Source of the DNA: an uncultured delta proteobacterium
Lineage (GTDB): Bacteria; Desulfobacterota; Binatia; HRBIN30; BPIQ01
Length of the DNA stretch: 64,000 nt
Direction of reading: 5' to 3'
NCBI GenBank assembly: GCA_963761335.1
Contig: CAVXGR010000015.1
Location: forward strand, 224,001-288,000
Part shown: one piece after another, positions 10,512-19,574 of the stretch
How the letters are laid out: each line of letters starts with the position of its first letter
How positions within the stretch are numbered: position 1 is the first letter of the stretch
Made by a program: the position numbers and the translations under genes
The notes under the pieces: generated by a model
Databases searched by the model: none
What the model was told of the DNA's origin: nothing
What the model saw: only the letters and a program-made list of their open reading frames with translations

Positions 10512-11447
10512 GTGGCCAAGCCGGTGCACTTCGGGCTGCGGGTGCCCCAGGAGGTCGCCGACCCGGCTCTGCTGCGGCGCGCCGCACAGACGGCCGAGCG
10601 CTGCGGCTATCAGTCACTCTGGGTCTTCGACCATTTCTACCATTTCCCCCGGCCGGACAACGCCGCGGTGCTCGAGGCGTTCACGGCGATGTCGCTGCTC
10701 GCCGGATGGACGGAGACGGCGCGCATCGGCTCGCTGGTGCTCTGCAACGGCTATCGGCCGCCGGCGCTGACGGCGAAGATGGCGGCGACCCTGGACGTGC
10801 TCAGCAGCGGCCGGCTCGATCTCGGCTACGGCGCCGGCTGGCACGGCGAGGAGCACGCCGGCTACGGCTATGGCTTCCCGCCGCTGCCGGAGCGCATTGC
10901 CCGCATGGAGGAGGCGCTGGCGGTGATCAAGCTTCTGTGGGAAGGCGGCCCGGCGAGCTTCAGCGGCGCGCATTACCAGCTGCGCGAGGCCCTCTGTCAG
11001 CCGCTGCCGGTGCAGCGGCCGCATCCGCCGATCACCATCGGCGGCGGTGGCGAGCGCTTGCTGCTGCGCGCCGTCGCCCGGCACGCGGACGTGTGGAACT
11101 ACTTCCCGGTGCCGCTGCTCGAGTACGAGCGCAAGATCGCGGCCCTGGAGGAGCACTGCCGCAACCTCGGCCGCGATCCGGCGTCGATCCGCCGCTCGCT
11201 GCTGGTGCCGATCATCACCGCCCGCCGCGAGAAGGAGGTGCGCGATCAGCTCGAGGAAGCCACGGCGCGCGGCTTCATTTGGGCGCGAGCCGGTCGTTTC
11301 GTTCAGGGGACTCCCGACATCGTCGTGCCGCGCCTGCGCGACTACGTGCGCCGCGGCGTGTCCATGTTCATTCTCGCCCTGCCCGATCCGACGAATCTGG
11401 AGCACATCGAGTTCGTCGCCCGGGAGGTCGTCGAGGAGCTGGCATAG
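10512..11447 (+). CDS. LLM-class (possibly F420-dependent) oxidoreductase
   Basis: WVFDHF, YRPPALTAKMAATLDVLSSGRL, PVQRPHPPI.IGGGGER. Confidence 0.9.
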   Translation: MAKPVHFGLRVPQEVADPALLRRAAQTAERCGYQSLWVFDHFYHFPRPDNAAVLEAFTAMSLLAGWTETARIGSLVLCNGYRPPALTAKMAATLDVLSSGRLDLGYGAGWHGEEHAGYGYGFPPLPERIARMEEALAVIKLLWEGGPASFSGAHYQLREALCQPLPVQRPHPPITIGGGGERLLLRAVARHADVWNYFPVPLLEYERKIAALEEHCRNLGRDPASIRRSLLVPIITARREKEVRDQLEEATARGFIWARAGRFVQGTPDIVVPRLRDYVRRGVSMFILALPDPTNLEHIEFVAREVVEELA

Positions 11448-12043
11448 TCCTGCTGGACCGCGACTTCTTCCGGCGCGACGCCGTGAGCCTGGCGCGCGCT
11501 CTGCTGGGTGCGGTGCTGGTCCACGACGCGCCACGGGGGCGCGCCTCCGGCCGCATCGTCGAGGTCGAGGCCTACCGCGGCCCCCGCGATCGCGCCGCGC
11601 ACTCCTACGGGCTGCGGCGCACACCGCGCAACGAGGTGATGTACGGTCCGCCCGGACATGCCTACGTCTACTTCGTCTACGGCATGCACTTCTGCTTCAA
11701 CGTCGTCGGTGCCGAGGTCGACTGCCCCGAGGCCGTTCTGGTGCGCGGCGTCGAGCCGCTGGAGGGCCTGGAGCAGATGCGGCTGCGCCGTGCCCTGCGC
11801 GACGGCGTCCCCGACGCGGCGTTGCTGCGCGGCCCGGGCAACGTCTGCCGCGGCATGGGCATCGACCGCAGCCACAACGGCGCCGACCTGCTGGACGGTG
11901 CGCTGCGTATCGAGCCCGGTGAGCCCGTGGCGTCGCGGCAGATCGCCCGCGCCCCCCGCGTCGGCGTCGACTACGCCGGTGCCGATGCGCAGCGGTTGTG
12001 GCGCTTCTACGTCCGCGACAGTCCGGCGGTGTCGAAGCGCTGA
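11444..12043 (+). CDS. mpg: DNA-3-methyladenine glycosylase (start codon uncertain)
   Basis: GRIVEVEAY..D.AAHS, YVYFVYGMHFCFNVV, AVLVRGVEP, GPGNVC, PRVGV. Confidence 0.9.
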   Translation: MVLLDRDFFRRDAVSLARALLGAVLVHDAPRGRASGRIVEVEAYRGPRDRAAHSYGLRRTPRNEVMYGPPGHAYVYFVYGMHFCFNVVGAEVDCPEAVLVRGVEPLEGLEQMRLRRALRDGVPDAALLRGPGNVCRGMGIDRSHNGADLLDGALRIEPGEPVASRQIARAPRVGVDYAGADAQRLWRFYVRDSPAVSKR

Positions 12044-12049
12044 CGCCAC

Positions 12050-12086
12050 TGGGAGCGCGGCCATCCTGGCCGCAGAGGTGCTCCCC
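12050..12086. repeat. truncated family A element
   Basis: TGGGAGCGCGGCCATCCTGGCCGC followed by AGAGG.GCTCCCC. Confidence 0.75.
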
Positions 12087-12089
12087 AAA

Positions 12090-12139
12090 GTAGAAGCGCC
12101 GTCTCGGCGCTTCCCGAAGCGGCGAGACGCCGCTTCTAC
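12090..12139. repeat. GTAG-type inverted REP doublet
   Basis: GTAGAAGCGCCGTCTCGGCGCTT-CCCG-AAGCGGCGAGACGCCGCTTCTAC between convergent genes; T run follows on + strand. Confidence 0.8.
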
Positions 12140-12152
12140 CTTTTTGACCGGC

Positions 12153-13610
12153 TCACTGCGCCGCGGTCGCCAGATCGAGCTCCCAGTACAGGAAGTTCGT
12201 GGTCTGGTCGAGGATCTCGGTCCGGTGCTGCGAGTAGGGTACGTGACCGGCGCCGGACCACGACGTGAGGTAGGAGTCGAGGCCGGCGGCCATCGCCTGA
12301 TTCCAGGTGTCGACCGCCCACTGGTACGGGACGACGGTGTCCGAGGTCCCGTGGAACAGCAGGCTCGGTGCGTCGCCGGAATCGATCACGGCGAACAGGC
12401 CCAGGACCTGGGCACCCGACAGCGATACCGCCCCGCCTACCGCCGCCGTCGGATCCTCACTGGAGTTGAAGCCGACGTGCAGTGCCGTGATCGCGCCGGC
12501 GGACGAGCCGCCGATCGCGATACGCGTTTGGTCGATGCCGTAGGTCGGCGCGTTCGTTCGCAGGAAGCGGACAGCCGTCTGCGCGTCCGCGAGCGCTTCC
12601 TGGATCGCGATGACGCAGGTCAGGGTCGGCGTGCTCGCGGAGCAGCCGCCAGGCTCGAGGCGATAGTTGATCGAGACGTTGAAATAGCCCTTCTTGGCAA
12701 AGGTGGTCGCTTCGTCGACGATCTCCGCCGAGGTCTTGTCGCCACAGCAGAACGAGCCGCCGTGCACCCAGACGATCGCGGGCCGCTCGGTCACCGAGTC
12801 GCCCGTGGGCTCGTAGGTGTCGAGCTGCAGCGTGACCGTCTGACCCGAGTTGTTGACGGCGCTGCCGTAGGTCATGTCGGTGGTCGTGCTCACGGCGGAG
12901 AACACCTGATCGCGATAGCGCAAGGGCGCCGGCCCGGTCGGCGAGATGTACGGGAGCCCGAGGGTGGGCGTCGCGGTGATCGTCGGCGTCGTGGTGATCG
13001 TGGGGGTCGGGGTGATCGTGGGCGTCGACGCCGGTGGGCATGTTCCCTCCCCGCTCGGCTTCGTGACCTTGAACAGGGCGGCCCCGTTGTTCTTCACCTG
13101 ACCGCTCGCGAACTGCACGCTGTACGAATCTCCTCCGCCGATGGTGAGGAGCACGCAGCCATCGGCGCCCGGATTCGGTGGGACGACCGCTACCGGCCCC
13201 CGCTTTCCGTCGACGACGACCTTGATCCGGAAGACTCCGTTTCTGAGCCGGATCACAGCGCTCTTCACCGGGCCGTTCTCGCCATGCGCATCGCGGTACT
13301 TGAACCCCTTCACGGCATCGCCGCTCCAGAAGGCCTTCAGGCTCATTGAGCTCGTGCCGGCGGGCAAGGAGTACGTCTCCTCACTGTGGACGGCGCCGTT
13401 GACGGCAACGGTCACGGTCGCCCCATTGGTTGCGGGGTTGCCCACCAGGGTGTCGTCGCTGGCGACCTCCTTTGCCCTGACGATGATCTTCCGTCTGGCG
13501 GCCGTGCTCGGGTTCTTCACCACCAAGGCGGTTCCGAGCACCGTTTGATCGGCGGCCTGAGCGACCGAGAAGGGGAAAACCAATAACGTTGCGAGCAGCA
13601 GACGGTGCAT
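12153..13610 (-). CDS. secreted alpha/beta hydrolase (carboxylesterase) with N-terminal beta-rich domain and PT linker
   Basis: Signal peptide AQA; TPT repeats; HGGSF, GSSAG, HGTSD, GAGH catalytic motifs. Confidence 0.85.
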   Translation of the reverse strand: MHRLLLATLLVFPFSVAQAADQTVLGTALVVKNPSTAARRKIIVRAKEVASDDTLVGNPATNGATVTVAVNGAVHSEETYSLPAGTSSMSLKAFWSGDAVKGFKYRDAHGENGPVKSAVIRLRNGVFRIKVVVDGKRGPVAVVPPNPGADGCVLLTIGGGDSYSVQFASGQVKNNGAALFKVTKPSGEGTCPPASTPTITPTPTITTTPTITATPTLGLPYISPTGPAPLRYRDQVFSAVSTTTDMTYGSAVNNSGQTVTLQLDTYEPTGDSVTERPAIVWVHGGSFCCGDKTSAEIVDEATTFAKKGYFNVSINYRLEPGGCSASTPTLTCVIAIQEALADAQTAVRFLRTNAPTYGIDQTRIAIGGSSAGAITALHVGFNSSEDPTAAVGGAVSLSGAQVLGLFAVIDSGDAPSLLFHGTSDTVVPYQWAVDTWNQAMAAGLDSYLTSWSGAGHVPYSQHRTEILDQTTNFLYWELDLATAAQ

Positions 13611-13764
13611 ATCAGATCCTCTCGTCGCCATGGTCAAGCCGAGCTTGGGCCAGACTACCATCATTGACGGTATCCAGCTCAACCGTTTGTCCGTGCACGA
13701 GCCGGCGGAAGCGAAGAAAGCCGAGCGCGGCGTTGCATCCGTGGCCGGGAGCTAGGAGATCATT

Positions 13765-14146
13765 CGCCCCGGCGGGGCGCATCGGGGAAGGCGGCCCCGA
13801 GATCCCCGGGTCGGAGACCCGGGGATCCCGAAGTCGACGTCCGTTGGCGCCCCGTCAGGGGCGCGGGCGCGGTTTTGACAGAGGCCTCTGTCCCCGGGGT
13901 GGCACGCCTGCGCCCCCGGCGGGGCGCATCGGGGAAGGCGGACCCGGGCTCCCCGGGTCTCCGACCCGGGGAGCCCGAAGTCGACGTCCGTTGGCGCCCC
14001 TCCAGGGGCGCGGGCGCGGTTTTGACACAGACCTCTGTCCTCGGGGTGGCACGCCTGCGCCCCCGGCGGGGCGCATCGGGGAAGGCGGACCCGGGACCCC
14101 CGGGTCTCCGACCCGGGGCTACATGCCTGCGCCGCTTCGCGGCGCG
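13765..14146. repeat. tandem array of ~147-bp multi-hairpin units (about 2.5 copies), family B
   Basis: Units start at 13765, 13911, 14058 with CGCCCC(C)GGCGGGGCGCATCGGGGAAGGCGG; ends in CCCCGGGTCTCCGACCCGGGGCTAC...CGCCGCTTCGCGGCG. Confidence 0.92.
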
Positions 14147-14251
14147 ATCCCCCGGCCCAAGTTGGGTCGTGGGCGATTTTGATTGGTAAGGGGATTTTCA
14201 AACGAAACGCGGTTGATCTCAGGATCCACCACTACCTCCCCAGGGCGCAAA

Positions 14252-14280
14252 TTGCTTTAGCGTCGCCCGGCCCATAGAAT
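14252..14280 (+). promoter_or_regulatory. sigma70 promoter of cbbQ/cbbO-like operon
   Basis: TTGCTT-N17-TAGAAT. Confidence 0.65.
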
Positions 14281-14311
14281 CCGCCCCATCCCGCCCGCAT
14301 CGGAGAGCGCA

Positions 14312-15121
14312 TTGATCGAGGAACCGTACTATCTTCCCATTGGCGACGAGGTGGAGGTGTTTCGCGCCGCCTACGAATGCCGCCTGCCCATTCTGCTGAA
14401 AGGCCCGACGGGCTGCGGCAAGACCCGCTTCGTCGAGTACATGGCGCACACCCTGCGCTCGTCCGGGGGTAACGGCTCGGAGGTCGCCGGCAACCTGATC
14501 ACGGTGGCCTGTCACGAGGATCTCACCGGCAGCGATCTGGTCGGCCGCTACCTGATCAAAGGAGACGAGACGGTGTGGATCGACGGGCCGCTCACCCAGG
14601 CGGTGCGCTGCGGCGCCTTCTGCTACCTCGATGAGATCGTCGAGGCGCGCAAGGACACCATCGTCCTCATCCACCCGCTCACCGACCACCGGCGCATTCT
14701 GCCGATCGACAAGAAGGGCGAGATCATCGAGGCGCATCCCGACTTCCTGCTGGTGATCTCCTACAACCCCGGCTACCAGAGCGTCCTCAAGGATCTCAAG
14801 CATTCGACCCGGCAGCGTTTCGTCACCATCGATTTCGATTACCCGCCGCGCGACAAGGAGGCTCGCATCATCGCCCACGAGAGCGGCCTGGAGCTGGATC
14901 AGGCGATGCAGCTGGCCAAGCTGGGAGAGAAGGTACGCCACCTGAAGGCCAGCGGCCTGGAGGAGGGCGTGAGCACGCGCCTGCTGATCTATGCCGGGCA
15001 GCTCATGCGCAAAGGCGTGCCCGCACACCGCGCCTGCGTGGTCGCCGTCAGCCGCTCGCTCACCGACGATCACGAGAGCCAGCGCGCCATCGACGAGATC
15101 GCCGGAGCGGTGTTCGCCTGA
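14312..15121 (+). CDS. CbbQ/NirQ/NorQ family MoxR AAA+ ATPase
   Basis: [48 protein letters not shown]. Confidence 0.93.
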   Translation: MIEEPYYLPIGDEVEVFRAAYECRLPILLKGPTGCGKTRFVEYMAHTLRSSGGNGSEVAGNLITVACHEDLTGSDLVGRYLIKGDETVWIDGPLTQAVRCGAFCYLDEIVEARKDTIVLIHPLTDHRRILPIDKKGEIIEAHPDFLLVISYNPGYQSVLKDLKHSTRQRFVTIDFDYPPRDKEARIIAHESGLELDQAMQLAKLGEKVRHLKASGLEEGVSTRLLIYAGQLMRKGVPAHRACVVAVSRSLTDDHESQRAIDEIAGAVFA

Positions 15122-15127
15122 GGACGC

Positions 15128-18100
15128 GTGTCTGAGGTCCGCTCCCTCTGGTTCGAGAGCCATCTTCTCTCCAGCGCCTCCGGCCGCGGGGCGCGCCGCC
15201 GCTGTGAGGCGCTCGGGGCGGAGGCCAACACCGGCATCCTGACGTGGGGCGACCGGCTGGCGCGCCACTCGATCGCGGCGGCGCAGGAGTTCTATCGCCA
15301 GGCAGCCGAGGCGCACGCCGGCTTCGGCGCCGACTTCGACGAGTGGGTCGGCCTCGGCCTGCAGCTCTGCGAGAGCGATCCGCCCTTGCGCGACGCCGCC
15401 ACGTCCTTCTTCTCGATCGATTCCCGCCGCGCCGGGCGAGTCGGTCTCCCCGGGCTGCGGCGCTGGTTGACGATCGGCACGGGTCTCGGACGCATCTCGC
15501 GCAAGCTGGCCACGTCCTTCTGCGAGTCCACCGCCCCACTGGTGGGCGAGCTCGACAACGACGTCCTGGAGGCGTGGGCCGAGGAGGCGCGCCGCCTGCA
15601 CGGGCAGCAGGGGTGGCACGGGGAGTTCCTGGCACAGGCCTATCTCGCGGCGGGTCCGCGGGCGCTCCGCATCCTCTCGCCGCCGCAGTTCCCCCTCTGG
15701 GCCGGACTGGGTGCAGCGGTGCGCCGGGCGATGCGCGAGTCGGAGTTCTACGGCTCGCTGCCCGAAGAGCTGGCGGTCTGGTCGGACGACGATCGCGCCG
15801 CCTATCTGCGCGCCGCCCTCGGGCTCGCCATCGAGCAGCCGCAGCTGGCGGCGCGCTTCTATCGCGAGGCGGCGGCGTCGCTGCGTTCGCTCGACGGTGC
15901 AGTGCGCGCCGGTATCCTCAAGGCATGCGCGCTCTGTGCCAAGCGCGCGACCAGCGCCTTCGGCGACCTGATCCCCGTGCTCGGCGCCGTGGTCGGCGAT
16001 GTCCCCGATGAGCACCGCGCCGCCGCCGCGGCCCTGGCCGTCGAGGTCGCCGGCGTCTTTCCCGCGGCGGGGCCGGCGGTGATCCGCAGTCTTTCGCGCG
16101 CCTTCGAGGAGACCGGCCCCGACGGGGTTGCCGAGTGGGTGCGCCGCGGCCTGGCTCTCGCGGCCGCCAACCCGGCGGCGGCGATTCCATACTTTGCTCT
16201 CGAGTCGCGCACCAGCCTCAAGGTCCTGCGCGCTTCCTCCACGGCGGTGACCGTCGAGGAGGTCCAGGGCGTGCTGCGCAAGTTCATGCAGATGCTGAGC
16301 GGCCAGCCGGCGGTGGTGCGACCGGTTCCCCCGTACCGGCTGCGGGCGCCGCTCGAGGAGGTGCCGCTGGAGAACGAGGTGGCGGTGCCGCTCAAGATCG
16401 ACTGGCGCGACACGCACGAGGAGAACGAGCGCTGGTACCGCGTGCTTGCGGCGCTGCTCGCCGGCCGCCGCGAGTTCGGCACCTATCTCGCGGCTCCGCG
16501 CGGCGACAGCGGCGAGCCCCCCCGCAATGCCCTGAGCGAGCCTCCCGGCAGTGCCCTGGCAGTCTATCTGCGCGAGGACGACCGGCCCGAGCTGGTCGAG
16601 GAGCTCTTCCTGCTGGCCGATGGCTATCGCGTCGCCTGCTGCCTGCGCGCCTCCTATCCGGGGCTGGTGGCCGAGCTCGAATGGATCGGCGGCGAGATCC
16701 TCCACCTGTGGGCGGGCGGCGAGATCCTCCACCTGTGGGCGGGCGGCGAGATTGCCGAGCAGGACGTCGCCTTCGACTGCGTGCTTGCTCTGGGGCTGGC
16801 GCCGTCCGCGGCGCAGCCGCTTCCGGGTTGGCTGGAAACTCTGGCGCGGGTGATCCTTCCTTGCCTGGCGCCGCTGCAGATCGCCGGTGCCACCGCCGGG
16901 GACGCGCTCGCGGTCGCGGAGCAGCTCGCCGGGCTGCTGCGCGACGACGGCCGCCGCCGTCCGCGCCAGGACCAGTTCGAGTTCGGTGGGCTGATGCTGG
17001 AGAAGGTCACCGGCGATGCGCTGATCGACCCCTACTTCGACGACGAGGACGACGCGCCCTTCGATGCCACGGCGCCGCGCGTCCCGGCGGCGGCGCCGCC
17101 GCAGGCGGAGCTCGAGCTGCCGGAGGAGGCGCGCTTCCGCCTGGAAGAGGCGGACGAGGCAGCGGGGGGGAGTCGCCCGCTGAGCGCCGAGGAGCTGAAG
17201 CGGCTGCTCGAGTCGGGCGCGCAGCTGAAGATCAGCCAGGCACAGGGCGAGTCGGTGGAGGGCCTTGGTCTCTACATCACCGATCTGGTCGGTAAGATTC
17301 CCGCCGAGCAGATCGAGGAGCTGCGCCGCCTCCTGGGTGAGAGCGAGCGCGCCGAGCGCCGCTCGCCGCGCCGGTGGCTCGATCGCCGCGCCGAGGGCAC
17401 CGCCTTTCTCTACGACGAGTGGGACTACCACATCGCGGATTACCGCTCGCGGTGGTGTACGCTGCGCGAGGTCGGGGTCGACGGCGACTCCGGGCTCTTC
17501 TTCAACCAGACACTGGCCGAGTACGCCGCCATCCTGCCGGAGATCCGCCGCCAGTTTCAGCGCATTCGCCCGGAGATGTACCGCGTCGTGCGCGGTCTCG
17601 AGGACGGCGAGGACTTCGACCTGAACGCCGCCATCGCCGCCCGCGTCGACGCGCGCGCCCGCCGCTCGCCGTCGTCGAAGCTCTACGTGGCGCGCAAGCG
17701 CCAGGAGCGCGACGTCGCCACCCTGTTCCTGCTCGACATGAGCGCCTCCACCGATGAGCCCCTGGCCAAGCCGGCGCCGCTGGAGGTCGCCGACGGTCCC
17801 GAGGGGCTGCCGGCGATGCTGCCGCCGCGGCCGTCGGGGTCGCGCTCGCGGCGGATCATCGACGTGACCAAGGAGGCGCTGGTGGTGATGACCGAAGCCC
17901 TCGACGAGATCGGCGACGCCTACGCCATCTACGGCTTTTCCGGTCACGGCCGCGACAACGTCGAGTTCTATCTCGTCAAGTCGTTCAACGAGCAGCTCAC
18001 CGCCGCCGCCAAGGGACGCATCGGCTGCATCGAGCCAAAGCGCAGCACCCGCATGGGGGCGGCCCTGCGCCACGCCATCGAGAAGATGTCGGCGGTAAGC

Positions 18101-18382
18101 TCGGCTTCCAAGCACCTGATTCTGCTGAGCGATGGCTTTCCGCAGGACTTCGACTACGGCCAGGACCGACGCAGCAACACCTACGGCATTCGCGATACCA
18201 CCATGGCGCTGCGCGAGGCCGAGGCGGCGGGCATCACTCCGTTCTGCATCACCGTCGACAAGGCCGGCCACGATTACCTCCGGGAGATGTGCGACGCCTC
18301 TCGTTACATGATCATCGAGGACATCGGCAACCTGCCGCGCGAGCTGCCGAAGATCTACCAGCGCATCGTCTCGGCGGCGTGA
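15128..18382 (+). CDS. CbbO/NorD-like VWA-domain protein with long N-terminal helical region
   Basis: YDEWDY, DGEDFDL, MIDAS LLDMSAST, TRMGAALRH, LLSDGFPQD, PFCITVD. Confidence 0.9.
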   Translation: MSEVRSLWFESHLLSSASGRGARRRCEALGAEANTGILTWGDRLARHSIAAAQEFYRQAAEAHAGFGADFDEWVGLGLQLCESDPPLRDAATSFFSIDSRRAGRVGLPGLRRWLTIGTGLGRISRKLATSFCESTAPLVGELDNDVLEAWAEEARRLHGQQGWHGEFLAQAYLAAGPRALRILSPPQFPLWAGLGAAVRRAMRESEFYGSLPEELAVWSDDDRAAYLRAALGLAIEQPQLAARFYREAAASLRSLDGAVRAGILKACALCAKRATSAFGDLIPVLGAVVGDVPDEHRAAAAALAVEVAGVFPAAGPAVIRSLSRAFEETGPDGVAEWVRRGLALAAANPAAAIPYFALESRTSLKVLRASSTAVTVEEVQGVLRKFMQMLSGQPAVVRPVPPYRLRAPLEEVPLENEVAVPLKIDWRDTHEENERWYRVLAALLAGRREFGTYLAAPRGDSGEPPRNALSEPPGSALAVYLREDDRPELVEELFLLADGYRVACCLRASYPGLVAELEWIGGEILHLWAGGEILHLWAGGEIAEQDVAFDCVLALGLAPSAAQPLPGWLETLARVILPCLAPLQIAGATAGDALAVAEQLAGLLRDDGRRRPRQDQFEFGGLMLEKVTGDALIDPYFDDEDDAPFDATAPRVPAAAPPQAELELPEEARFRLEEADEAAGGSRPLSAEELKRLLESGAQLKISQAQGESVEGLGLYITDLVGKIPAEQIEELRRLLGESERAERRSPRRWLDRRAEGTAFLYDEWDYHIADYRSRWCTLREVGVDGDSGLFFNQTLAEYAAILPEIRRQFQRIRPEMYRVVRGLEDGEDFDLNAAIAARVDARARRSPSSKLYVARKRQERDVATLFLLDMSASTDEPLAKPAPLEVADGPEGLPAMLPPRPSGSRSRRIIDVTKEALVVMTEALDEIGDAYAIYGFSGHGRDNVEFYLVKSFNEQLTAAAKGRIGCIEPKRSTRMGAALRHAIEKMSAVSSASKHLILLSDGFPQDFDYGQDRRSNTYGIRDTTMALREAEAAGITPFCITVDKAGHDYLREMCDASRYMIIEDIGNLPRELPKIYQRIVSAA
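16688..16752 (+). repeat. 27-bp in-frame perfect tandem duplication
   Basis: GGCGGCGAGATCCTCCACCTGTGGGCG x2 + GGCGGCGAGAT; protein GGEILHLWA-GGEILHLWA-GGEI. Confidence 0.95.
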
Positions 18383-18396
18383 GCGGGAGGAGAGGG

Positions 18397-18924
18397 ATGA
18401 AGCGAGCGCACGCGTTGATTCCGGGGGCCCTGCTGCTGGCGCTGGTGGTGCTCGGCTGCGGTGGCAATTGCCGTGTGCTTCTCTCCGACGGGCAGGTGAT
18501 CGGCTGCGCCGAGGTGCCGCCCGGGCCTGATGACCTGGCCTTCGGCAGCGCCGCCGAGGTGCTCGTCGAGGATGCGAGCACCGGCCAGCGGCTGTGGATC
18601 GGCATCAGCGGCGCCGACGGCGGCACGACCTTCTGTGCGTTTCAGGCGCTGCGCGACAGCGGCCGCCTGTCGTGGATCGGCGGAAAGGTGGTGGTCGCCA
18701 CCGATCGCTCGCCGCCGTTCTTCTTCGATCCGCAGACGATTCTCGCCGCGGAGATCACCGCGGAAGCTCTGCAGACGACCATCGCTCAGATTGCGCAGGA
18801 TCCCGAGTTCTTCACCCCGGAGGGGGCCGGTGGCCTCGACCACTGGGTGGTGCCTGCGCAGGTGATTGCCGTCGAGATGCCGAGCAGCGAGCCGCTCCAG
18901 TGCCCGACGCCGGCGGCGGGGTGA
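18397..18924 (+). CDS. hypothetical lipoprotein
   Basis: RBS GGAGGAG; VLGC lipobox; FFFDPQTI..AEITAE motif. Confidence 0.7.
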   Translation: MKRAHALIPGALLLALVVLGCGGNCRVLLSDGQVIGCAEVPPGPDDLAFGSAAEVLVEDASTGQRLWIGISGADGGTTFCAFQALRDSGRLSWIGGKVVVATDRSPPFFFDPQTILAAEITAEALQTTIAQIAQDPEFFTPEGAGGLDHWVVPAQVIAVEMPSSEPLQCPTPAAG

Positions 18925-18926
18925 GC

Positions 18927-19193
18927 GTGGCAGATCGCGATACCGCGGCGCGCGCCGACGAGGAGAGACGCATGCGCCGGCTGCGCCTGTTGGTGGACAC
19001 TGCCGCCGTGGTGCTCCGGCATCGGCCACTGACACACCCCGAGGCCGAGATGCTGGTGGCCCACGTGCGCGCCCAGGTGCTGGCGCTCTTTCCGGGCAAG
19101 GAGGACACCTTCGACCTCATCTACGGCGCCCGCTTTCGCCGACTTCTCCGCGAGCGCTTCGGAACGACGCCTTCGGGCGAGAATTGCGGTTGA
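18927..19193 (+). CDS. small hypothetical protein
   Basis: RRLR.LVD...LFPGKEDTFDLIY..RF.RL..ERF; GC3-rich frame following previous stop. Confidence 0.75.
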   Translation: MADRDTAARADEERRMRRLRLLVDTAAVVLRHRPLTHPEAEMLVAHVRAQVLALFPGKEDTFDLIYGARFRRLLRERFGTTPSGENCG

Positions 19194-19292
19194 ACCGCTC
19201 CCCTCGGGGGAGCACAATGGGCCTCGCTTGCGGCGTGCCCTGGGGGAGAGGGGAGGCGCGGATGTGGTTCTCGGGCGCCGGGAGTCGTCGCG

Positions 19293-19574
19293 ATGAAAGG
19301 AGTAGCGCGGATATCCTTTCAGGGAGGTGCCCTCTTCGTCCCGGTGAAGACTCCCTACGAACGCGAGCTGCTCTTCGAGCACGTGGCTCTCTACACGAAG
19401 CGCCACGGCCACATCCTCCTGGAGCTGAACCGCCGGCACTGGACGGTGCGGCGGGTCCTGGCCGCGGAGCAGCCGCAGCTCTGCAGCGGCTGTGGCAAGA
19501 GACTCGACTATCTGAGCTATGCGCTCGGCGCCCGCGCTTTCTGCGGCGCCTGTGCGCGTCGCGATCTGCGGTGA
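19293..19574 (+). CDS. small hypothetical Zn-finger protein
   Basis: CSGC...CGAC; GTGA overlap with next gene. Confidence 0.7.
   Translation: MKGVARISFQGGALFVPVKTPYERELLFEHVALYTKRHGHILLELNRRHWTVRRVLAAEQPQLCSGCGKRLDYLSYALGARAFCGACARRDLR

Noticed and set aside
13589..14201. ORFs with 49-aa repeats, and a possible CRISPR reading
   Set aside because: ORFs arise from the 147-bp DNA repeat; there are no unique spacers and no cas genes
14219..18271. 1350-aa minus-strand ORF
   Set aside because: Antisense shadow of the cbbQ/VWA genes caused by high GC3; no motifs
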